From contig JBBTYJ010000015.1 of assembly GCA_038061835.1 (NCBI GenBank), positions 3,907 to 67,906 on the forward strand: a DNA stretch of 64,000 bases, written 5' to 3'. Both the position numbers and the translations under genes were made by a program. This document shows, in pieces, positions 56,101-64,000 of the stretch (its first letter is position 1; each line of letters opens with the position of its first letter). Source of the stretch: Patescibacteria group bacterium. GTDB taxonomy: Bacteria > Patescibacteriota > Minisyncoccia > Phycocordibacterales > Zambryskibacteraceae. The notes under the pieces were generated by a model, which was given only the letters and a program-made list of their open reading frames with translations, did no database searches and had not been told where the DNA came from.

Positions 56101-58043
56101 AATTTTCTTATAGCTAATAAACTGGCATTTACCGCTACAACCACAGTAGATACCGACATAAGTATCGCCGCAACGGCAGGTTCAAGCACAATGCCTTTCG
56201 AGATAAGCACGCCAGCCGCCAGCGGTATGGCCACCACGTTGTATCCTGTGGCCCAGAAAAGATTCTGAATCATTTTGGAATACGTCATACGCGAAAGACG
56301 AATAATCTTCACGATATCCCGCGGATCGTTCTTAACCAAAATGATGCCGGCGGATTCAATAGCCACATTAGTACCGGCGCCAATAGCAATACCCAGATCG
56401 GCTTGCATCAGCGCCGGCGCGTCGTTTACTCCGTCGCCCACCATCGCCACCTTTAAACCCTTGCTTTGAAGCAATTTGACTTTTTCAATTTTTTCTTCTG
56501 GTTTCACTCTGGCAAAATATTCATTTATACCGAGCTCTGCCGAAACTTCCTTGGCCACTTCTTCGGAATCACCGGTAATCATGATGATATTCAACCTCAT
56601 ATCCTTTAGCGCGTTTAGAGCCTCTCTGGCTTCAACGCGCACGGTATCGGAAACAATGATATTGCCGAGCGCTCGATTATCCGCTTCCACTTTTATATCC
56701 GCGCTGTCTCTGTGCCCAACGAAAATTTTTTTGCCTTCTACCAGAGCTTCCGCGCCAACGCCGGGAATGCGCCGAAAATTTTTAGCTTCTTTAATCTCTA
56801 AGTTTCTCTTGCGTGCTTCAGTCACAATAGCCGAAGCAATCGGATGTTCTGAATGTGCTTCTATAGTGGCAGCAAGACTTAATGTTTCATCCGAACTAAA
56901 TCCTGTCACACTAAATTTTCCCTCCGTGAGCGTACCTGTCTTATCGAAGAGAATAACGTCAACATTTCTTGCTGATTCTAGAGCTAGACGTTGTTTGATC
57001 AAGCAACCGTTCTTGGCCGCTTTAGTGGTGGAAATGGAAGCAACCAGAGGCACCGCAAGTCCAAGCGCGTGCGGACAAGCAATTACCAGCACGGCCACCA
57101 CACGAGCAACAGCAAAGGCCACGGTAGCGCCAACCGTGAGCCACGTGACGAAAGTAATTATTCCTCCGACCACGGCAATACCGGTTAGATACAGAGCGGC
57201 TTTATCCGAAAGTTTCTGCAGTCGAGATTTGGAAACCTGCGCTTCAGCAACCAGCCGCATCACTCCGGACAAGAAGGTGTGTTCGCCTATTTTTGTCACT
57301 TCAACCTTGAGAGCGCCATCGCCATTGGTGGAACCGGCAATAATTTCATCACCTACCGATTTTGAAACGGGTTTAGATTCACCGGTAACGAGAGATTCAT
57401 TTATCTCCGAATTACCTTCAATAATTTTGCCGTCAGCGGGCACCCTTGAACCCGGCTTAACCAGAAGAATATCTCCAACCACCAATTCACCTAAAGATAA
57501 AGTGATTGTTACCTCATCGCCGAGTTTAGACGGACGTATTACTTCCGCTGTATCGGGCAAAAGTCTGGAGAGTTCTTTGAGAGCGCTCTGCGCGCCAGAA
57601 ACAGCGCGCATTTCCATCCAATGACCAAAAAGCATAACAGTAATAAGAGTGGTTAGTTCCCAAAACAATGTTTCCTCTCCTGCAAACACGGCATAAACAC
57701 TCCAAAGGTAAGCGGAAACAATAGCAAGGCCTATAAGCGTCATCATGCCCGGTAATCTTGCCTTCATTTCTTTCCACGCCCCAGTGAGAAAAACCCAACC
57801 CCCATAAAAGAATACTGTTGAACCGAGCGCTAGTGATAAATATTCCGAACCAATAAATATCGGCGGAGACCAATTAAAAATATTTTTCATCACATCGGCA
57901 TAAAGAACGACGGGAATGGTCAAGATGAGAGAAAACCAAAATTTATTTAAAAATGTTTGAGCATCATGTCCTTGGTGTTTATTGTGATCTGTGAGATTAG
58001 CAGACGGACGGTGAGAACTGGATGAATGACAACAATTATCCAT
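56097..58043 (-). CDS. copB: Copper-translocating P1B-type ATPase (CopB-like, His-rich N-terminus, CPH motif)
   Basis: CPH in TM6, DKTGTLT, GDGVNDAPAL, His/Cys-rich N-terminus MDNCCHSSSSH. Confidence 0.9.
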   Translation of the reverse strand: MDNCCHSSSSHRPSANLTDHNKHQGHDAQTFLNKFWFSLILTIPVVLYADVMKNIFNWSPPIFIGSEYLSLALGSTVFFYGGWVFLTGAWKEMKARLPGMMTLIGLAIVSAYLWSVYAVFAGEETLFWELTTLITVMLFGHWMEMRAVSGAQSALKELSRLLPDTAEVIRPSKLGDEVTITLSLGELVVGDILLVKPGSRVPADGKIIEGNSEINESLVTGESKPVSKSVGDEIIAGSTNGDGALKVEVTKIGEHTFLSGVMRLVAEAQVSKSRLQKLSDKAALYLTGIAVVGGIITFVTWLTVGATVAFAVARVVAVLVIACPHALGLAVPLVASISTTKAAKNGCLIKQRLALESARNVDVILFDKTGTLTEGKFSVTGFSSDETLSLAATIEAHSEHPIASAIVTEARKRNLEIKEAKNFRRIPGVGAEALVEGKKIFVGHRDSADIKVEADNRALGNIIVSDTVRVEAREALNALKDMRLNIIMITGDSEEVAKEVSAELGINEYFARVKPEEKIEKVKLLQSKGLKVAMVGDGVNDAPALMQADLGIAIGAGTNVAIESAGIILVKNDPRDIVKIIRLSRMTYSKMIQNLFWATGYNVVAIPLAAGVLISKGIVLEPAVAAILMSVSTVVVAVNASLLAIRKL

Positions 58044-58044
58044 G

Positions 58045-58353
58045 TTATTTTTTCTTTTGCGCTAATTTATACACTTTGAGAATTTCGTCCACGGCTTGCC
58101 TTTCTCGACCGCTCTTCATCTGTTCAAGAACGTGGGTAGAAAGATGATTCTCCAATATGAGATGCTCCACGCCGGAAAGCGCTTCTTTAATAGCGCTAGA
58201 TTGAGTAATAATATCCACGCAATACTTATCATCCTCGACCATACGAATCAGACCGTTAAGTTGGCCTCGGATAACATTCAATCGGCGTAAGGCGGATTTC
58301 TTTATTGATTTTTTCACACTTTCAAGTATACCCCATGGGGGTATTGATGACAA
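58045..58353 (-). CDS. csoR: CsoR/RcnR-family metal-sensing transcriptional repressor
   Basis: RLNVIRGQLNGLIRMVEDDKYCVDIITQSSA matches CsoR (Cys and His ligands). Confidence 0.8.
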   Translation of the reverse strand: MSSIPPWGILESVKKSIKKSALRRLNVIRGQLNGLIRMVEDDKYCVDIITQSSAIKEALSGVEHLILENHLSTHVLEQMKSGRERQAVDEILKVYKLAQKKK

Positions 58354-58362
58354 GTGAACATA

Positions 58363-59277
58363 CTAATCTGTTTTACAAAGCGTTTTTAATGCCGCAAAGT
58401 CGGTTTTTGATAAAACTTTTGTATGACCTTCATTTAACTCATACATTATCGCTTCATGGTCATCTACATGTTCGAGACCAAGCGCATGTCCGAGTTCGTG
58501 TGCCAGCACCTTCACTAATTTATCCCGATTGCTAAATTCATAAACATTTATTTCTTGGACATCTTCAGTAATCTGATAGACTCCTCCCACAAACGTTTCG
58601 CCGCGCAAGGCGCCAATAGTATTGTAAGCTTCCACGTTTAGATTCAACGATTTGACGAGATTATTAAGTAATCCGACCAAATGATTGATTTCATTAACCA
58701 TTTGATTTAACCGCGTCTCCAAGAGTTTCAGCTCCGTTGCCTCGTTCTCAAGCGCCAGTCTTGCCGTCTCCAACTGTTCAAGTTCTGTGTTGGAGGTTCT
58801 CTTTCCCCTATTCCAAACCTTTACCCGTTGCTCATAATCCGAATTCTTTTCATTGAATAATTCAATTTGCGCATTATAAATACTTTTGACATTTTCGTAT
58901 TCTGCTTTTAAGCTAACGTATTTTGAACGAAGTGTCCGATATGCAACTTCATCTTTTGTTACGACATTTTCAAGACTGGAGAGCACGCCTGTCGTTTCTT
59001 GCCTGTAGTCATAAATAAGATTGACCGCTAATTCGTCGCTTTCCGGAGAGTACATAAAAAGCTCTTTTCCGATCGGCTTTTCCAAAATTGCTTCGGCTTC
59101 AGCAAGCGCGCTCAAAAAGGTTTGGTACGAAATGCCAAATCTTCTATCAAAAGTACCAATGCCATATTCAATCGGTCTGTCGCATGCCGATAAAATCTCC
59201 CTAGATTTGGAATAATTCCAGATCGTAAAAAACACCGCAAAAATAAAAGTAGCAGCTATTATGTTTCTAAAACTCAT
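58363..59277 (-). CDS. Metzincin (matrixin-like) zinc metalloprotease with N-terminal TM and coiled-coil
   Basis: HELGHALGLEHV (HExxHxxGxxH) then Met-turn ..AIMY. Confidence 0.7.
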   Translation of the reverse strand: MSFRNIIAATFIFAVFFTIWNYSKSREILSACDRPIEYGIGTFDRRFGISYQTFLSALAEAEAILEKPIGKELFMYSPESDELAVNLIYDYRQETTGVLSSLENVVTKDEVAYRTLRSKYVSLKAEYENVKSIYNAQIELFNEKNSDYEQRVKVWNRGKRTSNTELEQLETARLALENEATELKLLETRLNQMVNEINHLVGLLNNLVKSLNLNVEAYNTIGALRGETFVGGVYQITEDVQEINVYEFSNRDKLVKVLAHELGHALGLEHVDDHEAIMYELNEGHTKVLSKTDFAALKTLCKTD

Positions 59278-59281
59278 AAAG

Positions 59282-59854
59282 CTATTTTACTAAATTTTTC
59301 AATTCCTTATAGCGAAAACATGATTGGATATGATCGTTTATCATACCAACCGCTTGCATATGGGCATAAACAATGGTTGGACCGAGAAATTTGAAACCGC
59401 GTCTTTTCAAATCAGTTGCCAGGGCCACGGACTCCTTGCTGAGAGCCGGTAAATCTTTTTGCTTTTTGCGTTTTCCGTCCATTGGTTTTCCTTTTACAAA
59501 GTTCCACATGTATTTGCTGAAAGTGCCAAATTCTTTTTGTATCTCTAGAAATCTTTGAGCATTGTGAATAGCGGTCTTTATCTTTAATCGATTCCTGACA
59601 ATACTGGGATTTTTGACAAGTCTGGCAATATCTCGAACGCCAAACCGCGCCACTCGGCGCGGTTTGAAATCGGCAAAGGCCTGTTTATAACCATTTCTCT
59701 TCTTCAATATCGTAAGCCACGAGAGTCCGGCTTGCGCGCTCTCAAGCACTAGAAACTCAAAAATTTTTTTATCGTTCGTGACCGGTCTACCCCACTCTTT
59801 ATTATGGTACTTAACCATCAAGGGATCGCCCTTGGGCCACCAACAAGTCCCCAC
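59282..59854 (-). CDS. tag: DNA-3-methyladenine glycosylase I (Tag)
   Basis: CWWPKGDPLMVKYHNKEWG ... LESAQAGLSWLTIL. GTG start proposed because the longer track ORF overlaps the upstream zinc-ribbon ORF. Confidence 0.8.
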   Translation of the reverse strand: MGTCWWPKGDPLMVKYHNKEWGRPVTNDKKIFEFLVLESAQAGLSWLTILKKRNGYKQAFADFKPRRVARFGVRDIARLVKNPSIVRNRLKIKTAIHNAQRFLEIQKEFGTFSKYMWNFVKGKPMDGKRKKQKDLPALSKESVALATDLKRRGFKFLGPTIVYAHMQAVGMINDHIQSCFRYKELKNLVK

Positions 59855-59858
59855 GGAG

Positions 59859-60023
59859 TTATTTCTTCTTCTTGGCAGAAAGGATGCGATACATACCCGT
59901 ACCACAAACAGGGCACTTACCCTTGGCAGCGGGACGGCCAGGTTTTATCTCAACCTTCTGAACATCTTTTATTTCACGCTTTGTTTTGCACTTTACACAA
60001 TATCCAATAACTTTTTCGTCCAT
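59859..60023 (-). CDS. 54-aa zinc-ribbon protein (not in ORF track)
   Basis: MDEKVIGYCVKCKTKREIKDVQKVEIKPGRPAAKGKCPVCGTGMYRILSAKKKK: two CxxC pairs. Confidence 0.45.
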   Translation of the reverse strand: MDEKVIGYCVKCKTKREIKDVQKVEIKPGRPAAKGKCPVCGTGMYRILSAKKKK

Positions 60024-60063
60024 AAATTATATTAAATGATTAAATATCGTACCAACCGCCATT

Positions 60064-60112
60064 GTACCATAGGAAAAGCCCCGTGCCAGCTGATCATAAG
60101 ACTAGCTGGCAA
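60064..60112 (-). terminator. Rho-independent terminator after response-regulator gene
   Basis: Minus strand GCCCCTTGCCAGCT-loop-AGCTGGCACGGGGC followed by TTTTCC. Confidence 0.65.
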
Positions 60113-60134
60113 GGGGCGTGACGAAGCGAGTAAA

Positions 60135-60518
60135 CTAGGAACATCCGGCGTCTTCAAGTAGAGCGACAAGATCGTTTATAGAAAACGGCTTCGCCAAGAA
60201 GGTTGCACCATACTTAGTGCACATCTCCTCCAACTCTTCCTGTGAGGATTGAATACTGCCCCCACTCATGAGAATGAAGGGGATCTCAGCTAGATCCAGC
60301 CGAGGATCGTTGCGAATGTTCAACAACAAACCAATCCCGTTCATCTCTGGCATCTGATAATCCGAGATGATATAGTCGAACCTTTCTCCTTTCTCGAGAA
60401 GTCCCCATGCTTCTCGACCATTGGTAGTTAAAACGACCGAGTGATCGCCATTCTCCTGGAATAAGCACCCTAACATCTCGCGAAGTAAATTATTATCTTC
60501 CGCCAATAGAATCTTCAT
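60135..60518 (-). CDS. Single-domain response regulator (CheY-like receiver)
   Basis: MKILLAEDN...ISDYQMPEMNG...KP receiver-domain pattern (phospho-Asp, Lys). Confidence 0.8.
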   Translation of the reverse strand: MKILLAEDNNLLREMLGCLFQENGDHSVVLTTNGREAWGLLEKGERFDYIISDYQMPEMNGIGLLLNIRNDPRLDLAEIPFILMSGGSIQSSQEELEEMCTKYGATFLAKPFSINDLVALLEDAGCS

Positions 60519-60581
60519 ATGGACTCCTTGGTTGCTAAGCTGTTAGTCTATGTATAGAATTATCATAATTATACTAAAGAG

Positions 60582-61187
60582 TCAAGGGGCAATCTTTTTT
60601 GAATTCTTTCTTTCTTTGAAATATTCCCAAATCGGTGGAATGAAAGATATTATGATAATGATTACCACAATTGGTATCACATACTGATCGGCATTAGGCA
60701 CTCTGTGTCCGAAGACATATCCTAGAACAGTAAGACCGACTGCCCAAAGAAACGCCCCGAGTATGTTGAATTTGGCGAAGATACTGTATTTCATTCCACC
60801 CACTCCGGCCATAATTGGAGCGAAGGTGCGTACTATGGGAACAAAGCGTGCGATGAGAATAGTTTTTGAACCATATTTATCAAAAAATTTAGTGGTTTTA
60901 TCAATATGCGAAGGATGAAAGAAAAAAGATTGAGGTCTAGAAAATAACTTCGGACCAATTTTCTTACCAAATAAATAACCCACGGCATCACCACTAACGG
61001 CTGCAATAAAGAGCAGAATCGTTAGTGGCGCTATTGAGAAATACCCTTGAGAAGACAAAAATCCTGCGGTAAAAAGTAAACTATCGCCCGGAAGAAAGAA
61101 ACCGAAGAATAGTCCCGACTCGGCAAAGACAACAAGAAACAGACCTAGATAACCGCCAATTTGTATTATTGACATAACATCTACCAT
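60582..61187 (-). CDS. dedA: DedA-family (VTT-domain) membrane protein
   Basis: FFLPGDSLLFTAGFL...ARFVPIVRTFAP motifs. Confidence 0.8.
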   Translation of the reverse strand: MVDVMSIIQIGGYLGLFLVVFAESGLFFGFFLPGDSLLFTAGFLSSQGYFSIAPLTILLFIAAVSGDAVGYLFGKKIGPKLFSRPQSFFFHPSHIDKTTKFFDKYGSKTILIARFVPIVRTFAPIMAGVGGMKYSIFAKFNILGAFLWAVGLTVLGYVFGHRVPNADQYVIPIVVIIIIISFIPPIWEYFKERKNSKKIAP

Positions 61188-61235
61188 AATGATGCTATCT
61201 TAACAGATTTGTATCATTTTTTATAAAAAGAAGAC

Positions 61236-61259
61236 GGCGCGACCAAGAGGTCGCGCCGT
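61236..61259 (-). terminator. Rho-independent terminator
   Basis: GGCGCGACC-loop-GGTCGCGCC then, on the minus strand, GTCTTCTTTTTAT. Confidence 0.7.
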
Positions 61260-61292
61260 TAAGTTATGCATTCAGGATATCACCTTCAAAGA

Positions 61293-61889
61293 TCAGCCCG
61301 TCGCCAGCATGGTGGGATGTGCACCCCGAATCTCATCTGCATCGGGTAAACTTTTGATGGCCTTCAAAAGTCGCCCAAGTTGTGCCGAATCTTCATAGAT
61401 TTCCGGCACCCCCACACGGACTCTAAAATGTCCATTGTCTTCCAAATGCACTTGGATCACCCAATCCGGACCATAGACTGAGCGAGTGGATGTTGGCACT
61501 TGAGTAATCAGGTATTTCTCCCGACTACCATCCCATTTGGATTTTGTGAGTTTTAACGCCCAATCAGTGATCACATTCCACAATGGCTCATATTCGAGGA
61601 AATGAAAACGAACAAGACTTTGTGACCACCCTTTCTTGATCAGCGCTTCGCAGATGGGATCGAGAGTCCAATCGACCTTACCCATGGATTGGGCGCACAC
61701 ATTGAGATCATATGCGCCATACCCTCTATATTTGTAATTCACCACTACCAAACCTTCTGCCAAGGCAAGGTACCGGGGAATACTAAACTGGTCCGTACAA
61801 AGCACATATTGTCCGCGGTCCTGTTCTGCCACCATCACAAAACTTCGGTTATGATAGTGTTTATGAATCGTCTTAACATTAATCAACAT
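61293..61889 (-). CDS. Hypothetical protein (mildly GC-elevated) with consensus SD
   Basis: CAAGGAGG 5 nt before ATG (MLINVKTIHKHYH...); the track ORF starts 9 codons earlier. Confidence 0.45.
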   Translation of the reverse strand: MLINVKTIHKHYHNRSFVMVAEQDRGQYVLCTDQFSIPRYLALAEGLVVVNYKYRGYGAYDLNVCAQSMGKVDWTLDPICEALIKKGWSQSLVRFHFLEYEPLWNVITDWALKLTKSKWDGSREKYLITQVPTSTRSVYGPDWVIQVHLEDNGHFRVRVGVPEIYEDSAQLGRLLKAIKSLPDADEIRGAHPTMLATG

Positions 61890-61992
61890 GGAAGCCTCCT
61901 TGGCTTGAGTTAGCACACGCGGTTTGTCTATTCAATCTACGTATGTAATACAACAAAAGCGGATAATTCACAAATCACTATTTACGATCCCA

Positions 61993-63291
61993 TTAAGACG
62001 CAAGATAATCAGTGATGTTCTTAGCAATCGTGTTAACGGTTTTTTTAAAGCGGGTATCATTCTGTTCAAGAAGCAGAAATCTAAACCCATGGAAAGAAGA
62101 ATTGAATCCGGAGGAGAGGGGCACCACACATATACCGGTCGAAGCAAGTAGATAATACACAAAGCGTTTGTCCATTGAGGCGTTTAGCAGAAGTGAATCA
62201 ATATATTTTTTCAAACTATTTTTGACTGGCAAAGTATGATGGTTCTTTAAAGTCCCCTTCTTAAACACACAAGTAAAGTAGAATGCGCCACGCGCTTTAT
62301 GGACAATAATCTCGGAAATTTTGGAGAGAACAGAATATGCATATTCTGAACGTGCTTGGTACCGATGAGTGCGCAGAGCTAAATACGGATAATACCTTTT
62401 GTCCCCCATCACTTTCGGCAAAACCCTCTGCGGAAGTGTGGTCGAACAAACTTCAAGAGTTTTGGAATCAACTATCGAATGTACGTATCGATTGAAATTT
62501 TCATCTTTGTCACGATTATAAAATTCTATCCAGCCGCATCGCGCTCCCGGCCACGGAAATTCTTTGGAAATACCGCGCATGGCAATGCCCGGCACTCCGT
62601 CTATAACCGACGCAAGTTTATACATTCCGCTTCCCCTAAATGCCAGATTTGAATATATCTCATCAGAAATGATAAAGAGTTCGTATTTCTTCGCAAGCGC
62701 TACTATGGCACGAATTGTTTCCTGCGGATAGACAAATCCGGTCGGGTTATCCGGATTTACAATAAGGATACCGCCGATATTTTTGTGTTCGCGAATTTTT
62801 TTCTCCATCTCCGTCAAATCAGGCTTCCATCCATTTTCGGGGTTAAGTTTATAGGTGATATGCGGTTTATCGGAATGTGCCGCTTCAGTGGATGAATGTG
62901 TTGGATACGCTGGGTCAGGCCCGAGTATTCGCGTTCGCGGATTAAGATTTCGATAAATATGCGATATGGCATCGCCAAGCCCATTAAAAAATAAAATGTC
63001 GTCGGGCGTAATCTGAATACCCTTTTCAAAATTTCGTTCACGCGCGATATAAGCGCGGGTTTCATTAAGACCCTTGGTCGGTGAATAAGCAAAAGTTAAA
63101 TCTTCCTTGATAGCATTGGATACTATTTTCTTGATCCATGTTGGCGGCGCTTCCCCTTTTGCTACCGGATCGCCTATATTCTCCCAGACTATAGATATGC
63201 CCTCTTTTGCCACACGCTTGGCGACATCAACAATCCCACGTATTTCGTAACGTAATTTGTCTGCCCCCGGATGTACTAAATTTTGTCTCAT
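61993..63291 (-). CDS. Class I/II PLP-dependent aminotransferase (AlaT/AspC-like)
   Basis: SKEFPWPGARCGW (PLP-Lys region), NPDNPTG; 432 aa. Confidence 0.85.
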   Translation of the reverse strand: MRQNLVHPGADKLRYEIRGIVDVAKRVAKEGISIVWENIGDPVAKGEAPPTWIKKIVSNAIKEDLTFAYSPTKGLNETRAYIARERNFEKGIQITPDDILFFNGLGDAISHIYRNLNPRTRILGPDPAYPTHSSTEAAHSDKPHITYKLNPENGWKPDLTEMEKKIREHKNIGGILIVNPDNPTGFVYPQETIRAIVALAKKYELFIISDEIYSNLAFRGSGMYKLASVIDGVPGIAMRGISKEFPWPGARCGWIEFYNRDKDENFNRYVHSIVDSKTLEVCSTTLPQRVLPKVMGDKRYYPYLALRTHRYQARSEYAYSVLSKISEIIVHKARGAFYFTCVFKKGTLKNHHTLPVKNSLKKYIDSLLLNASMDKRFVYYLLASTGICVVPLSSGFNSSFHGFRFLLLEQNDTRFKKTVNTIAKNITDYLAS

Positions 63292-63472
63292 AAATCAAAT
63301 TTGGTGGTCTACGCTTGAAATAGCTCGAACGTTCGCCGCCCCCACCGGCGGCGAAAACCCCAGCGAGAAATTCGGCGCGGCAAAGCCGCACCGCTAACAA
63401 TATCAAATTTTTCTTTGGCGGACTAGATTCGAGCGCGAAGCGCACAATTTTGTTCTTTATGAAAAACAGAAA

Positions 63473-63520
63473 CCGCTCACCAAGATGAGCTGGTGAGCAG
63501 CTTCTGGTGAGCGGTTGATG
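63473..63520 (-). terminator. Rho-independent terminator after GC-rich gene
   Basis: Minus strand CCGCTCACC-loop-GGTGAGCGG followed by TTTCTGTTTTTCAT. Confidence 0.6.
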
Positions 63521-63525
63521 AACCG

Positions 63526-63855
63526 TTAGCGGGCGATCTTTCCCTCGAGGGCTCCGGTCCAACGCCCGCGATGGTATTGCACAACGATGGAGTCGCCGGT
63601 CCGCAGAAGGTCAAAGACCTTCTTGGAAACGGTGATTCGCATGTCGCCATGCTGCGTCATCACGAAGATGAAGTGCGCCGGAGAGGCGTAGCCCATCGAC
63701 GACGAAGCGCCGTACCCCGTTCCCATAAATGGGAGCGAAACACCTTCCTTCTTGTCGGCGACGGTGGTGCGTTCGACGTGGTTGGCTGTGAAGATGAAGT
63801 CGGTCGGAAGCGGTTGAGGCCGGTCCCAGCCGTATCTGATTGCTGTCGCGTTCAT
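63526..63855 (-). CDS. Hypothetical protein encoded by a high-GC (~58%) gene with strong GC3 bias
   Basis: Codon third positions almost all G/C; CTAAGGAGGG SD 4 nt before ATG (MNATAIRYGW...); consensus promoter upstream; the antisense track ORF 63571..63999 is Arg-rich and judged spurious. Confidence 0.5.
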   Translation of the reverse strand: MNATAIRYGWDRPQPLPTDFIFTANHVERTTVADKKEGVSLPFMGTGYGASSSMGYASPAHFIFVMTQHGDMRITVSKKVFDLLRTGDSIVVQYHRGRWTGALEGKIAR

Positions 63856-63918
63856 TTTGCCCTCCTTAGGCGTTGTGGCCAAAAGGCCGAATCAAAGAAA
63901 CTACCGAATTCTCCTACG

Positions 63919-63948
63919 ATTATACACCCAAGACCACGAGTTTGTCAA
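63919..63948 (-). promoter_or_regulatory. Consensus sigma70 promoter TTGACA-N18-TGTATAAT for the GC-rich gene
   Basis: Perfect -35 and extended -10 hexamers read on the minus strand. Confidence 0.5.
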
Positions 63949-64000
63949 GTGGTCAAGGACAACGACAAAAACGTCATATTTATCAATCCAATTCTTTGAA

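Noticed and set aside
56476-57624. 382-aa plus-strand ORF
   Set aside because: It is antisense to the copper P-type ATPase, and its Ser/Thr/Ala/Arg-rich low-complexity translation is typical of a shadow ORF.
63571-63999. 142-aa plus-strand ORF
   Set aside because: It is antisense to the GC3-biased minus-strand gene, and Arg-rich as expected for the reverse frame of a high-GC gene. The promoter and SD support the minus-strand gene.
1-64000. CRISPR arrays, rRNA genes, additional tRNAs
   Set aside because: No regularly spaced direct repeats and no rRNA-like conserved stretches were found; only one tRNA-like cloverleaf (29730-29800) could be folded by eye.

Overview
This ~64 kb window has roughly 40-44% GC by eye, is densely coded, and is transcribed mostly from the minus strand. 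The gene content fits a small-genome bacterium with shortened proteins (L9, YchF, AlaRS and GluRS), possibly a CPR/Patescibacteria-like organism, but I did not determine the taxon.

Core content in window order:
- rplU, recR and dnaB.
- A RAYT/IS200-like Y1 transposase flanked by REP-like palindromes.
- cysS, a CtpA-type S41 protease, a short rplI (L9) and rpmA (L27).
- A dcw-like cell-wall/segregation cluster on the minus strand: scpA-scpB-dac-asnB-mraY-ftsW-murG, followed by a GluRS catalytic-domain-only gene and an M23 peptidase.
- aspS (archaeal-type), trpS, an orphan sensor histidine kinase and a PurD-like ATP-grasp gene.
- A prolyl oligopeptidase, tRNA-Ala(CGC), speH, and dnaJ/dnaK/grpE.
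- The rpsI-rplM block and the rplQ-rpoA-rpsD-rpsK-rpsM-rpmJ block, followed by a C39-like peptidase, infA and an AlaRS N-terminal fragment gene.
- A family-4 UDG overlapping an ATP-cone+Mrr-like nuclease gene, then mnmA, mltG, a sigma-70 region-4/HARE-HTH protein, leuS and ychF.
- A csoR-copB copper operon with four accessory membrane/secreted genes.
- tag, a receiver-only response regulator, dedA and an aminotransferase.

Most notable observations:
1. Four copies of a 67-79 bp miniature inverted-repeat element sit exactly at stop/start junctions of the cell-wall operon. They have 13-14 bp terminal inverted repeats (TCCCGTTAGAAGTT / AACTTCTAACGGGA; 14/14 in copies A-C, 13/14 in copy D) and 4-bp flanking direct repeats (TTCA three times, CGCA once), which is strong evidence for an undescribed MITE family.
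2. A RAYT gene is bracketed by REP palindromes, and a REP doublet is embedded in frame inside mnmA.
3. A textbook promoter + SD + proline-rich 20-aa leader ORF + hairpin lies upstream of an AT-rich prolyl oligopeptidase gene.
4. A ~58% GC gene with strong GC3 bias sits at the window end behind a consensus TTGACA-N18-TATAAT promoter, and several mildly GC-elevated small orphan genes likewise carry canonical promoters and AAGGAGG SDs.
5. alaS and gltX-like genes are truncated, and a UDG/ATP-cone-nuclease gene pair overlaps.

No CRISPR array and no rRNA were seen.
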